From contig NZ_CP010048.1 of NCBI RefSeq assembly GCF_000973505.1, positions 330,001 to 362,000 on the forward strand: a stretch of DNA of 32,000 nucleotides, given 5' to 3'. Positions 1-10,975 of this stretch are shown one piece after another. Each line of letters starts with the position of its first letter. Position 1 is the first letter of the stretch. A program made the position numbers and the translations under genes. This DNA comes from Candidatus Saccharimonadota bacterium. GTDB taxonomy: Bacteria; Pseudomonadota; Gammaproteobacteria; Enterobacterales; Enterobacteriaceae. The notes under the pieces were generated by a model that made no database searches, was not told the origin of the DNA, and was given only the letters and a program-made list of their open reading frames with translations.

Positions 1-355
1 GTGCACTAAAAGGATTAATATCACCTATGATACGTAGTTTAATATTATATTTATGTAAGTTTTTTATTTCAGTGTTTAGTACGTAAATGAATAATTTTAT
101 GAGTCCGGAGACTTCATATTTTGGTCTGTTCCAATTTTCACTACTGAAAGCATATAAAGTTAATGCATCTAAATTATGATCTAGAGCAAATGTTATAGCT
201 TTTCGAACAGCTTTCACCCCCGCTTTATGTCCCAAAATTCTTAATTTTCCTTGTGTTTCAGCCCATCGTCCATTTCCGTCCATGATAATAGCTACATGAC
301 GTGGTAAATTTGATTGCTCTGTTTTATATTTTTCATTAGTTTGGTACGATATCAC
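1..355 (-). CDS. uppS: Undecaprenyl-diphosphate synthase (UppS/IspU), N-terminal ~118 codons; the gene runs off the window start
   Basis: Manual minus-strand translation gives ...[66 protein letters not shown]... with no stops. This contains the UppS signature motifs ([24 protein letters not shown]). The probable start is GTG at 353-355, preceded by an in-frame TAA; the start is uncertain. It sits downstream of frr as in E. coli. Confidence 0.85.
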   Translation of the reverse strand, partial: MISYQTNEKYKTEQSNLPRHVAIIMDGNGRWAETQGKLRILGHKAGVKAVRKAITFALDHNLDALTLYAFSSENWNRPKYEVSGLIKLFIYVLNTEIKNLHKYNIKLRIIGDINPFSA

Positions 356-796
356 GTTTATGTATATCCTTAATTAAATAATGTTGAATTTAAAATAAAG
401 AGGTACAAATAACGCGTAAAAACTTTGTAGAATAAGAGTAAAATTAAATTAGTAAGATAAAAATTAAAGTTAAATCTTTTGAAATATGTTTTTTTTAATT
501 TTGTTGTTAATAACTGTAATTGTTTTAATGCCAACATTTTGATCTATAGAAAAAAATTTTCTATAATGTTCTAATTGTTTTTAGTTTTATTGATCGGCTA
601 AATGTTTTGTTATAATTTTTTAAAAAATTAATATAAAACAAACTTTTTTGCAAAGAAATATTTGTAAGTGTTTTATTAGTTATAATGAATATTTTCATTG
701 TTAACTGGATAGGTATTGTAACCCCCAATTAGTATATATATAGTAAAAGTTTGCATATTTACAAGTAATAATCTATGTTACGATATTTTGATTTAA

Positions 797-1450
797 TCAT
801 ATTATGTCATAGTTTTGTGATTTATTTTGTACGTAAAAATATTTCATTTTTCGTACAGAAAATAAATTCATCAGCAATTGATTTTGAATATACTCAAATT
901 TTTTATTGATGATCAAGATAGTCGAATTTGTTGAATTTTTTTTCTTTATTGTCCAATTTTGGTATTGATGTATTATTTTATGTATAATATGAGTATGAGA
1001 TAGCTGAAATTTTAAAATAATTTTTCGATTTTCTTTTAAATTTTTTGATATTATTTTAAATATTAAACATTTATCTAATAAACTAGATCGTGTGTTCTGT
1101 TGGAATCGTATTGTAAATATATTTGAAAAATTAACATTATATTTGTTATTGATAGATAATGGATCTGTATTATTATTAGGAATATTTTTATTGATTTTTT
1201 TTTGGTTATTTATTGATGATTGTTTACTTTTCAGAAATATTAATTTTTTATTATATAATACGAAAGTGGTAAAAAATATTTTAAAAATATCAAGGGTGTA
1301 AATTATGATTTTTTCAACATTATTCACTGTTGTTAATTTATAGCTATCTTGAATATTTACGAATACTGTTTTAATAGTACCATTGTTAAGTAGATATAAT
1401 TGTTTTTTCATTTTCTTTCTTGCTTGATTATGAATCATAAAAAATCGCAT
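797..1450 (-). pseudogene. dxr: Decayed relic of dxr (1-deoxy-D-xylulose-5-phosphate reductoisomerase). The 217-codon low-complexity ORF keeps the positional and residual sequence signature but has lost the cofactor and metal motifs.
   Basis: It occupies exactly the frr-[dxr]-uppS slot of E. coli. From the internal Met at 1411, MKKQLYLLNNGTIKT resembles Dxr MKQLTILGSTGSIGCST. FTIRFQQ..SLLDKC resembles AAIRAGK..ESLVTC. ILKFQLSHTHII resembles LLPVDSEHNAIF. The G-rich NADPH motif and the D/E metal ligands are replaced. The ORF is roughly half of the ~398 aa of Dxr, and the remaining 440 bp to uppS has no long ORF. Confidence 0.5.
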
Positions 1451-1590
1451 ATGTAATTAAACATTGTTGAACTGACGTAACAGTATTTTTTTATATTCTT
1501 GTGTATATACAAGATTTATCAGTATTTTGTTTATGACAAAACATATTTTATGTTTGATAAATTTGTTATTTTAAAATTATTAATTTATGT

Positions 1591-2160
1591 TTAAAGATGC
1601 ATCAGTTCTGTTGATTTATTTTCCACAATTTTATTAATTATTTTTGTCCAAGTATCTGTTGATTTTTGTATTTTATTTTGTAATAAATATTCTTTATCTT
1701 GATTGATCATTTTATTTTTTATCAGAATTTTAATTTTTTCGTTCATAGAACGGCGTATATTTCTTATGGAAATTTTTGTTTTTTCTGATTCTGTATTTAC
1801 TAGTTTTATTAATTGATGTCGACGTTCTTCAGTAAGAACAGGCAAAGATACCCGAATAATGTTACCATGTGAACTTATGTTAAGATTTAAATCAGATTTT
1901 TGTATTATAGTTTTTTCAATTAAAGTAACCATTTTAGCATCAAATACGGTAACAACTAGTGTGCCTGGGTTTTCAGTAATAATATTGGCTAAATATCGTA
2001 ACGGTGTAGCAACTGTCCCTGCTGCTTGATATTTAATTTGAATATTGTCTAATATATTTGAAGAAATTCTTCCGGTATGAATTTTTTTGATTTGTGTTTT
2101 AAACGTTTCAACACATTTTTTCATGCGTGTTTCGGTATTTTGCATAATATCATTGATCAT
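1591..2160 (-). CDS. frr: Ribosome recycling factor
   Basis: 189 aa, a length typical of Frr. The N-terminus ..MKKCVETFKTQIKKIHTGRISSNILDNIQIKYQAAGTVATPLRYLANI.. matches the Frr family. The rpsB-tsf-pyrH-frr order is conserved. Confidence 0.95.
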   Translation of the reverse strand: MINDIMQNTETRMKKCVETFKTQIKKIHTGRISSNILDNIQIKYQAAGTVATPLRYLANIITENPGTLVVTVFDAKMVTLIEKTIIQKSDLNLNISSHGNIIRVSLPVLTEERRHQLIKLVNTESEKTKISIRNIRRSMNEKIKILIKNKMINQDKEYLLQNKIQKSTDTWTKIINKIVENKSTELMHL

Positions 2161-2223
2161 TTTGTATACCTATTATACCGTTTATAAATAAAATTTTAAT
2201 GTTAAATATTATTTTGTATCAAA

Positions 2224-2967
2224 TTATTTTGTGTTATTAGTGATTAATGTCCCTTCATTATATCCCATGACAATTCGAAATAGTGCTCCAAGTTTATTCA
2301 TATTAAAAATACGTATTGGCAAATTATGATCGCGTGCTAATGTAAACGCAGATAAATCCATAATTTTTAATTCTTGTTTTAATACGTCTTGATAACTTAA
2401 TTGGTCATATAATTTGGCATGAGGGTTTAATATTGGATCAGTGGAAAATACTCCGTCTACTTTAGTGGCTTTTAAGATTACGTCTGCTTCAATTTCTATT
2501 CCTCGTAAACAAGCGGCAGAATCAGTAGTAAATAAAGGATTTCCGGTTCCGGCAGTAAAAATGACAACTTGATTTTTATGTAATAAATTGATAGCTTTTT
2601 TCCAATTATAATGTTCACATAATCCCTGTAATGCAATAGCAGACATTACATGTGATCTAACATAAATTCGTGTTAAGGCATTACAAATAACTAATCCATT
2701 TATTATCGTTCCCAACATACCTATATGGTCACTAAGAACACGTTGCATACCTGATTTTATTAAATCAGCACCACGAAATAAATTACCCCCACCCATGACT
2801 ATACCGATTTGTATACCTAATTGTGTAACCTTTTTTATTTCTTTGGTAATTCGTTTTAAAACCACGGGGTCTATTCCATGGTTTTCTGTGCCCTGTAAGG
2901 CTTCACCGCTTAGTTTGAGTAAAATACGTTGATAAATTGGTTTTCGCGTTAATTTTTTTGCCATCAT
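2224..2967 (-). CDS. pyrH: UMP kinase
   Basis: 247 aa. [15 protein letters not shown]...[12 protein letters not shown]...[26 protein letters not shown] are PyrH signatures. It lies between tsf and frr. Confidence 0.95.
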   Translation of the reverse strand: MMAKKLTRKPIYQRILLKLSGEALQGTENHGIDPVVLKRITKEIKKVTQLGIQIGIVMGGGNLFRGADLIKSGMQRVLSDHIGMLGTIINGLVICNALTRIYVRSHVMSAIALQGLCEHYNWKKAINLLHKNQVVIFTAGTGNPLFTTDSAACLRGIEIEADVILKATKVDGVFSTDPILNPHAKLYDQLSYQDVLKQELKIMDLSAFTLARDHNLPIRIFNMNKLGALFRIVMGYNEGTLITNNTK

Positions 2968-3204
2968 TATGTTATTCCTTGAAGAACAGTTTTATGAAGC
3001 AATTTTAGTTTGATTAGATACGTATTTTGTGGTGGTGAATCATAAAATTTTTATTACCTGAATGTTGTTTAATATTAAATTGATTGTTGTGTTAGACAAT
3101 TTTGTATAACTATAAGAATCAGTACCAACTTTAATATATTTTGTTTGCTGTATGTCAAATTATTAATTTTTAAAAATAGTAAAGTTTTTAATTATATACA
3201 ATTA

Positions 3205-4026
3205 TTAATTTGTTGTTTTTATGCCTTCTCCTAGTTCAAATCGAATGAAATGTGTAATATTAATATTGTTATTTTTTAATATATTGGCAATCGTTTTTTG
3301 TGTATCCATTATAAATATTTGGTTCAATAAAGAAATTTCATTGACAAATTTTTTTATACGTCCTTCAACTATTTTTTTTGCTACATCATTTGTTTTACCT
3401 GATTGTATAGCAAGATTCATTTGTATGTTTTTTTCATGTTCAATTATATTTGTAGGTATATGATGTACATCGATATATTCTGGTTTGTTAGCAGCAATAT
3501 GCATTGCAATATGTTTTATTAATTGTGAGTTTGTATTACAATTAGTTGTAGAAAGTATTACTCCTATTTTTTGATTATGCAAATAACTTCCGATCATTTC
3601 TCCCTCGATATAAGCTATTCTTCGTATTTTAATGTTTTCATCAAATATGGAAATTAGTATGTTTTGTTTTTCCATAAAGTGATTTTTTAATACATTAATG
3701 TCGGAAATATTTTTTTCTAAAGCCGTGGCAGCTACAATGTTGGCAAAATTATTAAATTTATCATTTTTACTGACAAAATCAGTTTCGCAATTGATTTCTA
3801 AAATTATCCCATTTCTTTTATTTGGTGAAATTTTAGTTAAAACTATTCCTGATTTGGTGATTTTTCCTGATTTTTTTGCAGCTTTTATTAATCCGTTTTC
3901 TTTCATGTTATCAATTGCTAATTGAATATTACCATTTGCATTAATTAATGCTTGTTTACATTTCATTATACCCACGTTGGTGCGCTCGCGTAATTCTTTA
4001 ATTAATTCACTCGAGATATTTGACAT
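3205..4026 (-). CDS. tsf: Elongation factor Ts
   Basis: 273 aa. The N-terminus is the EF-Ts UBA-like motif (LIKELRERTNVGIMKCKQALINANGNIQLAIDNMKENG). It also has EINCETDFVSKN, and it follows rpsB. Confidence 0.95.
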   Translation of the reverse strand: MSNISSELIKELRERTNVGIMKCKQALINANGNIQLAIDNMKENGLIKAAKKSGKITKSGIVLTKISPNKRNGIILEINCETDFVSKNDKFNNFANIVAATALEKNISDINVLKNHFMEKQNILISIFDENIKIRRIAYIEGEMIGSYLHNQKIGVILSTTNCNTNSQLIKHIAMHIAANKPEYIDVHHIPTNIIEHEKNIQMNLAIQSGKTNDVAKKIVEGRIKKFVNEISLLNQIFIMDTQKTIANILKNNNINITHFIRFELGEGIKTTN

Positions 4027-4135
4027 GAGAAACGTTCCTTGAAATTTTTAAAGTTATATTTAAATTTTGATTTAACAATTACATCGTTATGGTTATATAA
4101 TTATGGTCATATAATGATAAATATTTAAAAAAATT

Positions 4136-4831
4136 TTAATGTGTTTCTTGGGATATGTTTATTATCACATTAGTTACATTTTTTAAATATAAATTGATAG
4201 CACGCATAGCGTCATCATTACCTGGAATAATAAAGTTTACCCCATCTGGGTTTGAATTTGTGTCTACAACAGCAAACAATGGAATTCCTAAATTATTTGC
4301 CTCTTTAATTGCAATATGTTCATGTGCGGCGCCAATAATAAATAACGCATCTGGCAATCCTCCCATGTTTTTTATTCCTCCTAAACTATTTTCTAATTTT
4401 TCTAATTCGCGTTTTAAAGTTAATTTTTCTTTTTTTGTGAGTTTTTCAAAAGTGCCATCTTTTAATTGAGATTCTAGGTCTTTCAAACGTTTAATCGATT
4501 GACGAACAGTTTTCCAATTAGTTAACATACCACCTAGCCATCGATGATTTACAAAAAATTGATTACAAGAAATTGCTGCTTCTCGTACAGAAGCACTTGC
4601 TGCACGTTTAGTACCCACAAATAAAATTTTTCCTTTTTTAAGGGCGATTTTTTGCAATTCTGCTAATGCAATATGAAACATCGTTAATGTTTTTTCTAAG
4701 TCAATAATATGAATTTTATTTCGTATACCAAAAATAAATGGTCTCATTTTTGGATTCCAATATCGTGTTTGATGTCCAAAATGGACGCCAGCCTCCAGCA
4801 TTTCATGTATAGAAATATTTGTCGTTATCAT
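4136..4831 (-). CDS. rpsB: 30S ribosomal protein S2
   Basis: 231 aa. [25 protein letters not shown]...[17 protein letters not shown]...[25 protein letters not shown] are canonical S2 motifs. Confidence 0.97.
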   Translation of the reverse strand: MITTNISIHEMLEAGVHFGHQTRYWNPKMRPFIFGIRNKIHIIDLEKTLTMFHIALAELQKIALKKGKILFVGTKRAASASVREAAISCNQFFVNHRWLGGMLTNWKTVRQSIKRLKDLESQLKDGTFEKLTKKEKLTLKRELEKLENSLGGIKNMGGLPDALFIIGAAHEHIAIKEANNLGIPLFAVVDTNSNPDGVNFIIPGNDDAMRAINLYLKNVTNVIINISQETH

Positions 4832-5169
4832 TGTAAGTTTTTAAAATTATATTGAAAGTTTTGTAATAATATTACATTTTAAAAATATTTTAAATATCAT
4901 CTCTATATTTAAATTGCAATATTTTTAATGCAATATACAATAGCAATAATATAATAAAATACAATAATGGTTTAGAGGAAACTTTCCTGGATGAACATTT
5001 CATGTTGTTTTATGTTTTGGTGTGTACTGAATTAAATAAGGAAAGATTTATAAGAATTTATTGAATTTTTAAATCGTGTTTAAATAGCACCAACGAAATT
5101 TTGGTTTATATTATTATAGGAAATTTGATATTTTAATAGTTAAATAATTTATTAAGGTTAGAATGTATT

Positions 5170-5931
5170 ATGCCGATTTTTATTAAAACATCCTCTGATA
5201 TTCGGAAAATGCGTTTAGTTGGAAAATGTGTTGCAAATGTATTAGCAATGATTGAATGTTACGTTCAGCCTGGCATCAGTACTGCTGAATTAGATAGAAT
5301 TTGTAGTGATTATATTATCAATAAACAATCAGCAGTGTCTGCTACATTAGGATACCGAGGATTTCCTGGGTCGATTTGTACCTCGGTTAATGAAGTGGTG
5401 TGTCATGGGATTCCGAGTAGTAAGACTATTTTAAATGAAGGGGATATTGTTAATATTGATGTTGCAATTATAAAATATGGATTTTATGCAGATACGTCGA
5501 AAATGTTTTTTGTTGGTACAGTTTCACCATTAGCTCAACGTTTATGTAAAGTAACACAAGATAGTTTATATTTGGCTATTAGTATGGTAAAACCGGGTAT
5601 GAGATTGCGTTTGTTAGGTAAAGCTATTCAAGAATTTGTAGAAAAACAGGAATTTTCTATCGTCAAAGAGTATTGCGGACATGGTATTGGGAGAAATTTT
5701 CATGAAGAACCCCATGTATTTCATCATGATACTGATGATAACGGTGTGAGATTAACACCTGGTATGGTATTAACAATCGAGCCAATGGTTAATATTGGAA
5801 ACTCTCATACATATACTCTGTCTGACGGTTGGACTGTAAAGACTAAAGATCATAGTTTGTCTGCTCAATATGAACATACTATTGTAATTACAAATACTGG
5901 GTGTGAAATTATTACTGCACGTTCTGAATAA
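5170..5931 (+). CDS. map: Methionine aminopeptidase type I
   Basis: 253 aa. NEVVCHGIP, DIVNIDV, YCGHGIGRNFHEEP, LTIEPM and SAQYEHTIVIT match the MetAP-I metal-ligand blocks. It is divergent from rpsB as in E. coli. Confidence 0.95.
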   Translation: MPIFIKTSSDIRKMRLVGKCVANVLAMIECYVQPGISTAELDRICSDYIINKQSAVSATLGYRGFPGSICTSVNEVVCHGIPSSKTILNEGDIVNIDVAIIKYGFYADTSKMFFVGTVSPLAQRLCKVTQDSLYLAISMVKPGMRLRLLGKAIQEFVEKQEFSIVKEYCGHGIGRNFHEEPHVFHHDTDDNGVRLTPGMVLTIEPMVNIGNSHTYTLSDGWTVKTKDHSLSAQYEHTIVITNTGCEIITARSE

Positions 5932-6125
5932 ATAACTATTTATTAAAGTATTAAAAAAATTTGTTCGATGATTTAGTAGAGTGTATTGTTTTTAGTTATT
6001 ATTTCTTCATGATGTTTTGAAAATCGTTCAAGTTGAGATATTTTTTTAAATTCTTTCAATTTATTGAAATTGTGTAATTGTGTATAATATATAATATAAA
6101 ATCAATATTATGTAAAATAAACGTT

Positions 6126-6989
6126 ATGTATAGTAACACAGAAAAACTAAAAAACATTATTAATTGCGCTTATGAAAGTCGATCTATCTTTTCTTCTAAA
6201 AAGACCGAATTTATTTTTAATGATAACATTGTAGATATTGGTATTGTTGTTTGCAATGTTATTAAATTGCTAAATATAGGGAACTTTCGTATAGCGGAAA
6301 AAGTTAATGGTCAGTGGATTGTACATCAATGGTTAAAAAAAGCAATATTGCTTGCATTTTACATTATGGAGAATAAAGTCATAAAATGGGGAGAGGGGTG
6401 TTTTTTTGATAAGATGTGTTTAAAATTTTCTAATTGGAGAGAAGAAACTTTTAATAAAGAAAATATAAGAGTTGTACCCCCGGCCACTATTCGATATGGT
6501 GCTTATGTTGCGAGAAATGTTGTGCTTATGCCATCATATGTTAATGTTGGTGCGTATATTGATGAAGGCACTATGATTGACACATGGGCAACCATTGGTT
6601 CATGCGCGCAAATTGGAAAAAATGTTCATATATCTGGAGGAGTTGGAATCGGTGGGGTATTAGAACCTTTGCAAAATAATCCAACTATTATTGAAGATAA
6701 TTGTTTTATCGGTGCTCGTTCAGAAATTGTGGAGGGGGTAATTGTAGAACAAGGATCTGTAATTTCTATGGGGGTATTCATTGGTCAAAGTACTAAAATT
6801 TATGATTGTGAAAATGGCAATATATACTATGGTCGCGTTCCGACTGGATCTGTTGTAATTCCCGGTACATTACCCAATCATCGTGCAAATGCTAAATTTA
6901 ACATTTATTGTGCACTTATAGTAAAAAAAGTAGATGAAAAGACTAGAAAAAAAATAGGTATTAATGAGTTATTACGCGGTGTCGGATAA
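6126..6989 (+). CDS. dapD: Tetrahydrodipicolinate N-succinyltransferase
   Basis: [90 protein letters not shown] is near-identical to E. coli DapD as I recall it. I prefer the ATG at 6126 ([12 protein letters not shown], aligning with the DapD N-terminus) over the TTG at 6078 used by the ORF track. Confidence 0.92.
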   Translation: MYSNTEKLKNIINCAYESRSIFSSKKTEFIFNDNIVDIGIVVCNVIKLLNIGNFRIAEKVNGQWIVHQWLKKAILLAFYIMENKVIKWGEGCFFDKMCLKFSNWREETFNKENIRVVPPATIRYGAYVARNVVLMPSYVNVGAYIDEGTMIDTWATIGSCAQIGKNVHISGGVGIGGVLEPLQNNPTIIEDNCFIGARSEIVEGVIVEQGSVISMGVFIGQSTKIYDCENGNIYYGRVPTGSVVIPGTLPNHRANAKFNIYCALIVKKVDEKTRKKIGINELLRGVG

Positions 6990-7379
6990 TCAATTGGTAG
7001 TTTGCTAAGGTTTTTTTTGAATTCGAATGTTTCGTTGTAGTTTTTTTATAATATTACGTTTTATCTTAAATTAGATATAAAAATCATCATTTAATGATTG
7101 AAATATGTATTTTGTATTTTTATTTCTTTATGCATGCATGTATTTTTTACATGAATTTTGGTTGTATGTTGAAACATTTAGTGTCGTGTCCTGTTATGGA
7201 GTATTATATACGTGACTAACTAAACTGTATGCTGTTGTATTTGAATGCAAATCATATAAAACCATATAACCTAATTATTTTTATTAATGATTGTCAATTA
7301 ATATTTGATAAAAAATTTTTTCTCATTAAAATGCTCTGATTGAATACCATTCAAGTACATTTAATATTTCAAATCATTA

Positions 7380-10300
7380 ATGCAACCAATAATTAAAGAT
7401 TTCGATTTTTTGACCTTTTCGTTCCGTGGTCGTTCATTGATTGAAGCTTCAGCTGGCACTGGAAAAACGTATCTTATAGTTATGCTGTATTTACGTTTAT
7501 TGTTAGGCATTGGTAACGAAAATTGTTTACAATTAACAGTAGATAATATTTTAGTGGTAACATTTACAAGAGGAGGCGTTGAAGAATTACGTGAACGAAT
7601 CCGAATTTATCTTCGTGAATTTAGATTAGCCTGTCTTGTTGGATATAGTACAAATGTATTTTTTTCCGCCTTGTTAGAAAAAATAAACGACCCCCAGTCA
7701 GCTTGTCAAACATTGTTAGCAGCAGAGCATACAATATCGCGTGCTTCAATTTTTACCATTCATGGATTTTGTCAGCACATATTAAAGATGTATCCTATAG
7801 AGTTAAACTCAATGTTTCAATATAGTATATTAGAAAATGAAGATCATTTAATTGAAACAGCATGTAATGATTTTTGGCGTAGTTATTTTTATTCTTTACC
7901 TACCGAAATTATAAATATCATAACAGGGTATTGGAAGAATCCAAAAGATCTTTTACAAGATGTCCATCCTTATTTACATTATTTAAGTATAAATATTCAG
8001 CCGGTATTACGAGGAAATTTTATAACACGTCACAAATATATCATTGATTATATTAATTATATCAAAAAAATATGGATTGCAGAAAAAAGTAAGTTATTAG
8101 AATTTATGAATAATAGTAAATATTTTTTAAATCGACGAATTTATAACACTAAAAATATACGAAATTGGTTTGAAATTATTAATTTATGGACTCAAAGTAC
8201 AACAGTGGATTATCAGATACCTAGTGCATTATGTCGTTTTAAATATTCTGTGATTATACGACATATTACTGTCTATAATCATCAAATTTTGCAATGTCAT
8301 TTATTTAAGTTAGTAGATGCATTATTTGAAAAGATTGTATCATTAAAACAATTAATACTAAGTACAGCGATATATGAAATACGTAAAAATATAAACTTAT
8401 TGAAAAAAAAAATTCTGAAATTAGTTTTAATGATTTAATTTCTTTGTTGGATGATGGATTACATGTTCATGATAAAAATGGGAAACTATTACAATCAATA
8501 CGAAAAACTTACCCCATAGCGATTGTTGATGAATTTCAAGATACTGATTTTCAACAATATCGTATTTTTCATACATTATATTCCAGTCGATCTCAATCAA
8601 AATATGGATTGTTATTAGTTGGCGATCCTAAACAATCAATTTATTCATTTCGGGGAGCTGATATATTTTCATATCTATTGGCACGTAAACATGTTGATTT
8701 TTATTATACTTTAAATACCAACTGGCGTGCATCGAAAGGCATAGTAAATGCTATTAATAAATTATTCAATTCTAATACATCTTTTTCCCCATTTATTTTT
8801 CAGAAAATTCCATTTATTACTATGCGTGCTGCAAAAGATAATAACAGATTACGTTTTGTAGTAAAAAATAAGTCTTATCCTTCATTTTGTTTTTATTTGC
8901 CATCCTATCATTCATTAACGGTACGTGAGTATCAAAAAATTATGGCATTTCATTGTGCTACTACTATTCGTGATTTATTGTGTGATGCCAGTTATGGGCA
9001 GGCGTGGCTTCAAAGCAGTACATGTAGCAAAAAATTATTGGAATCATCAGATATAGTTGTATTAGTTCGTAATAGTCATGAAGGGAATTTAATCTCTTCT
9101 GTGCTAAATCAGTTTAATATATCTAATGTATATTTATCTAATCAGAAAAATATTTTTGAAACATTAGAAGCATTTGATTTGTTATTGATATTACAGGCTA
9201 TATTATTGCCAGAAGATAATAATATTTTACGTTGCGCATTAATGACTGGTATTATTGGATATAATGCTCAAAAAATTGAATTTATTAATCAAAATGAAAA
9301 TGATTGGAAAAAAGAAGTTAATGCTTTTGTTGACTATCATTCATTTTGGAAAAAATATGGTGTGCAATCAATGTTGCAAGAAATCATATTTCGACGCCAT
9401 ATTTTTAAACATTTAGCAGCGACTCAAGACGGTAAAAGTAGGTTAATAAACATATTACATTTAGCTGAAATACTTCAAAAATATTCAGTAAATTTACATG
9501 ATGAAAGTTCATTAGTCAATTGGTTGAAAAAAAAAATTTACTTATCTAATAATTTATCATGTAATGATCAATTATTAAGATCAACAGATAATGATAGATT
9601 AATAAAAATTATAACAATACATAAATCGAAAGGATTAGAGTTTCCATTAGTTTTTTTGCCTTTTGTTTCAATTTTACACAAAAAAAAATATCCGTTATTT
9701 CATGATCGTGAAAATTATCATATATATTTAGATTTAAGCAATTCTTCAAGAAACATTAATTTATCTGATGAAGAAGGATTATCAGAAGATTTAAGATTGT
9801 TTTATGTTGCTGTTACTCGAGCAATTTATCATTGTTTTATTGGTATCGGTTCTATTTCCTTTAAAAAAAGAATCAAAAAGAATCAATGTTGTAATGATCT
9901 TCATCGCACTGCATTAGGATATTTAGTGCAGAAGGGCGTCCCTGGAAATTTTTATTTTTTAGAAAAATGTTTAATAAAATTAGTGGAATCTGCTCAAGGA
10001 GATATAATGTTAAATTATATTTCTAACAATAAAAATCAAGAAAATTGTAAATTATTAATTGATGGTATAACCAATAATGATTTGAAAAATAAAAATAATT
10101 TATCTGCTAGAAATTGGAAAATACAGATTAATACCAAATATACAGTTACAAGTTATAGTGAATTGTATCATTCTAATACATTTTTTTCGTCAGAGAAGTC
10201 ATTGATGTTAAATAAACAGATTATTTGCACGGCGAAAAATAATAAACAAGACGGTATATTGTTTACCCCTTATTCTTTTCCTCAAGGAAAAGAATCAGGT

Positions 10301-10975
10301 GTTTTTTTACATCATATTTTTCAAAAATGGAATTTTAAAAAAAAAATAAATGCTGAATGGTTATCTTTGCAATTAATGCAATATGGAATTAGTTTAACAT
10401 GGTTACCTATCTTACAGATGTGGATGGATACAATCGCTTCTATGCCTTTAAATAATGAAAATTTTGTTCTTTCCCAACTGTCATCTAGTGATTATCGTAC
10501 TGAGTTTGAGTTTTATTTATCTGTCAAGTCTCTTGTTTCTGCCGAAAAGTTTGATAATATTTGTAAAAATTATGATCCAATTTCTCGTTTATCTTCTCCT
10601 CTTACGTTTCCTGATATTTTAGGTATGATACATGGATTCATTGATTTGGTTTTTCGTTGGAAAGGTAAGTATTATTTATTGGATTATAAATCTAATTGGT
10701 TAGGTGGGGAGTGTCATGATTATTCTTTACTAAATATAAAAAATGAAATGATTTTTCGTCATTATGCATTACAATATCAAATATATACATTAGCTTTACA
10801 TCGTTTTTTACGTCATAAATTGATATCGTATAATTATAAAAAAGATTTTGGGGGAGTGTATTATTTATTTTTAAGGGGCATTGATTTAGTACATTCAGGT
10901 AATGGAATTTATTTTTGTTTGCCTGATCAAAGGTTAATTGATGAACTCGATGAGTTATTATCTATATGTCAATGA
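7380..10975 (+). pseudogene. recB: Exodeoxyribonuclease V beta subunit (RecB), split into two ORFs (7380-8438 and 8387/8444-10975) by a frameshift inside an A10 tract at 8403-8412. It may be functionally rescued by slippage.
   Basis: Fragment 1 has the UvrD-type Walker A motif (EASAGTGKTY). Fragment 2 has motif II (IVDEFQDTDFQQYRIF), LVGDPKQSIYSFRGAD, IHKSKGLEFPLVF and the C-terminal nuclease block GFIDLVFRWKGKYYLLDYKSN. The fragments sum to 352+843 aa, against ~1180 aa for E. coli RecB. The second frame is already open from 8387 and reads KKNSEISFNDLISLLD, which continues the RecB alignment directly after the tract. Confidence 0.9.

Noticed and set aside
1092-1301. A 69-aa plus-strand ORF inside the dxr relic region
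   Set aside because: It is antisense to the relic ORF and is low-complexity and hydrophobic. It has no ribosome-binding site or homology that I can recognise.
3221-4469. Plus-strand ORFs 3221-3463, 3698-3925 and 4155-4469, lying antisense inside tsf and rpsB
   Set aside because: They are shadow ORFs opposite well-supported, highly conserved genes. Their translations are hydrophobic and low-complexity (F/I/L-rich), as expected when AAA/AAT-rich coding sequence is read in reverse.
6078-6125. The TTG-initiated N-terminal extension of dapD given by the ORF track
   Set aside because: The alignment with DapD starts at the ATG at 6126 ([12 protein letters not shown] vs MQQLQNIIE). The 16 extra codons are AT-rich leader sequence.
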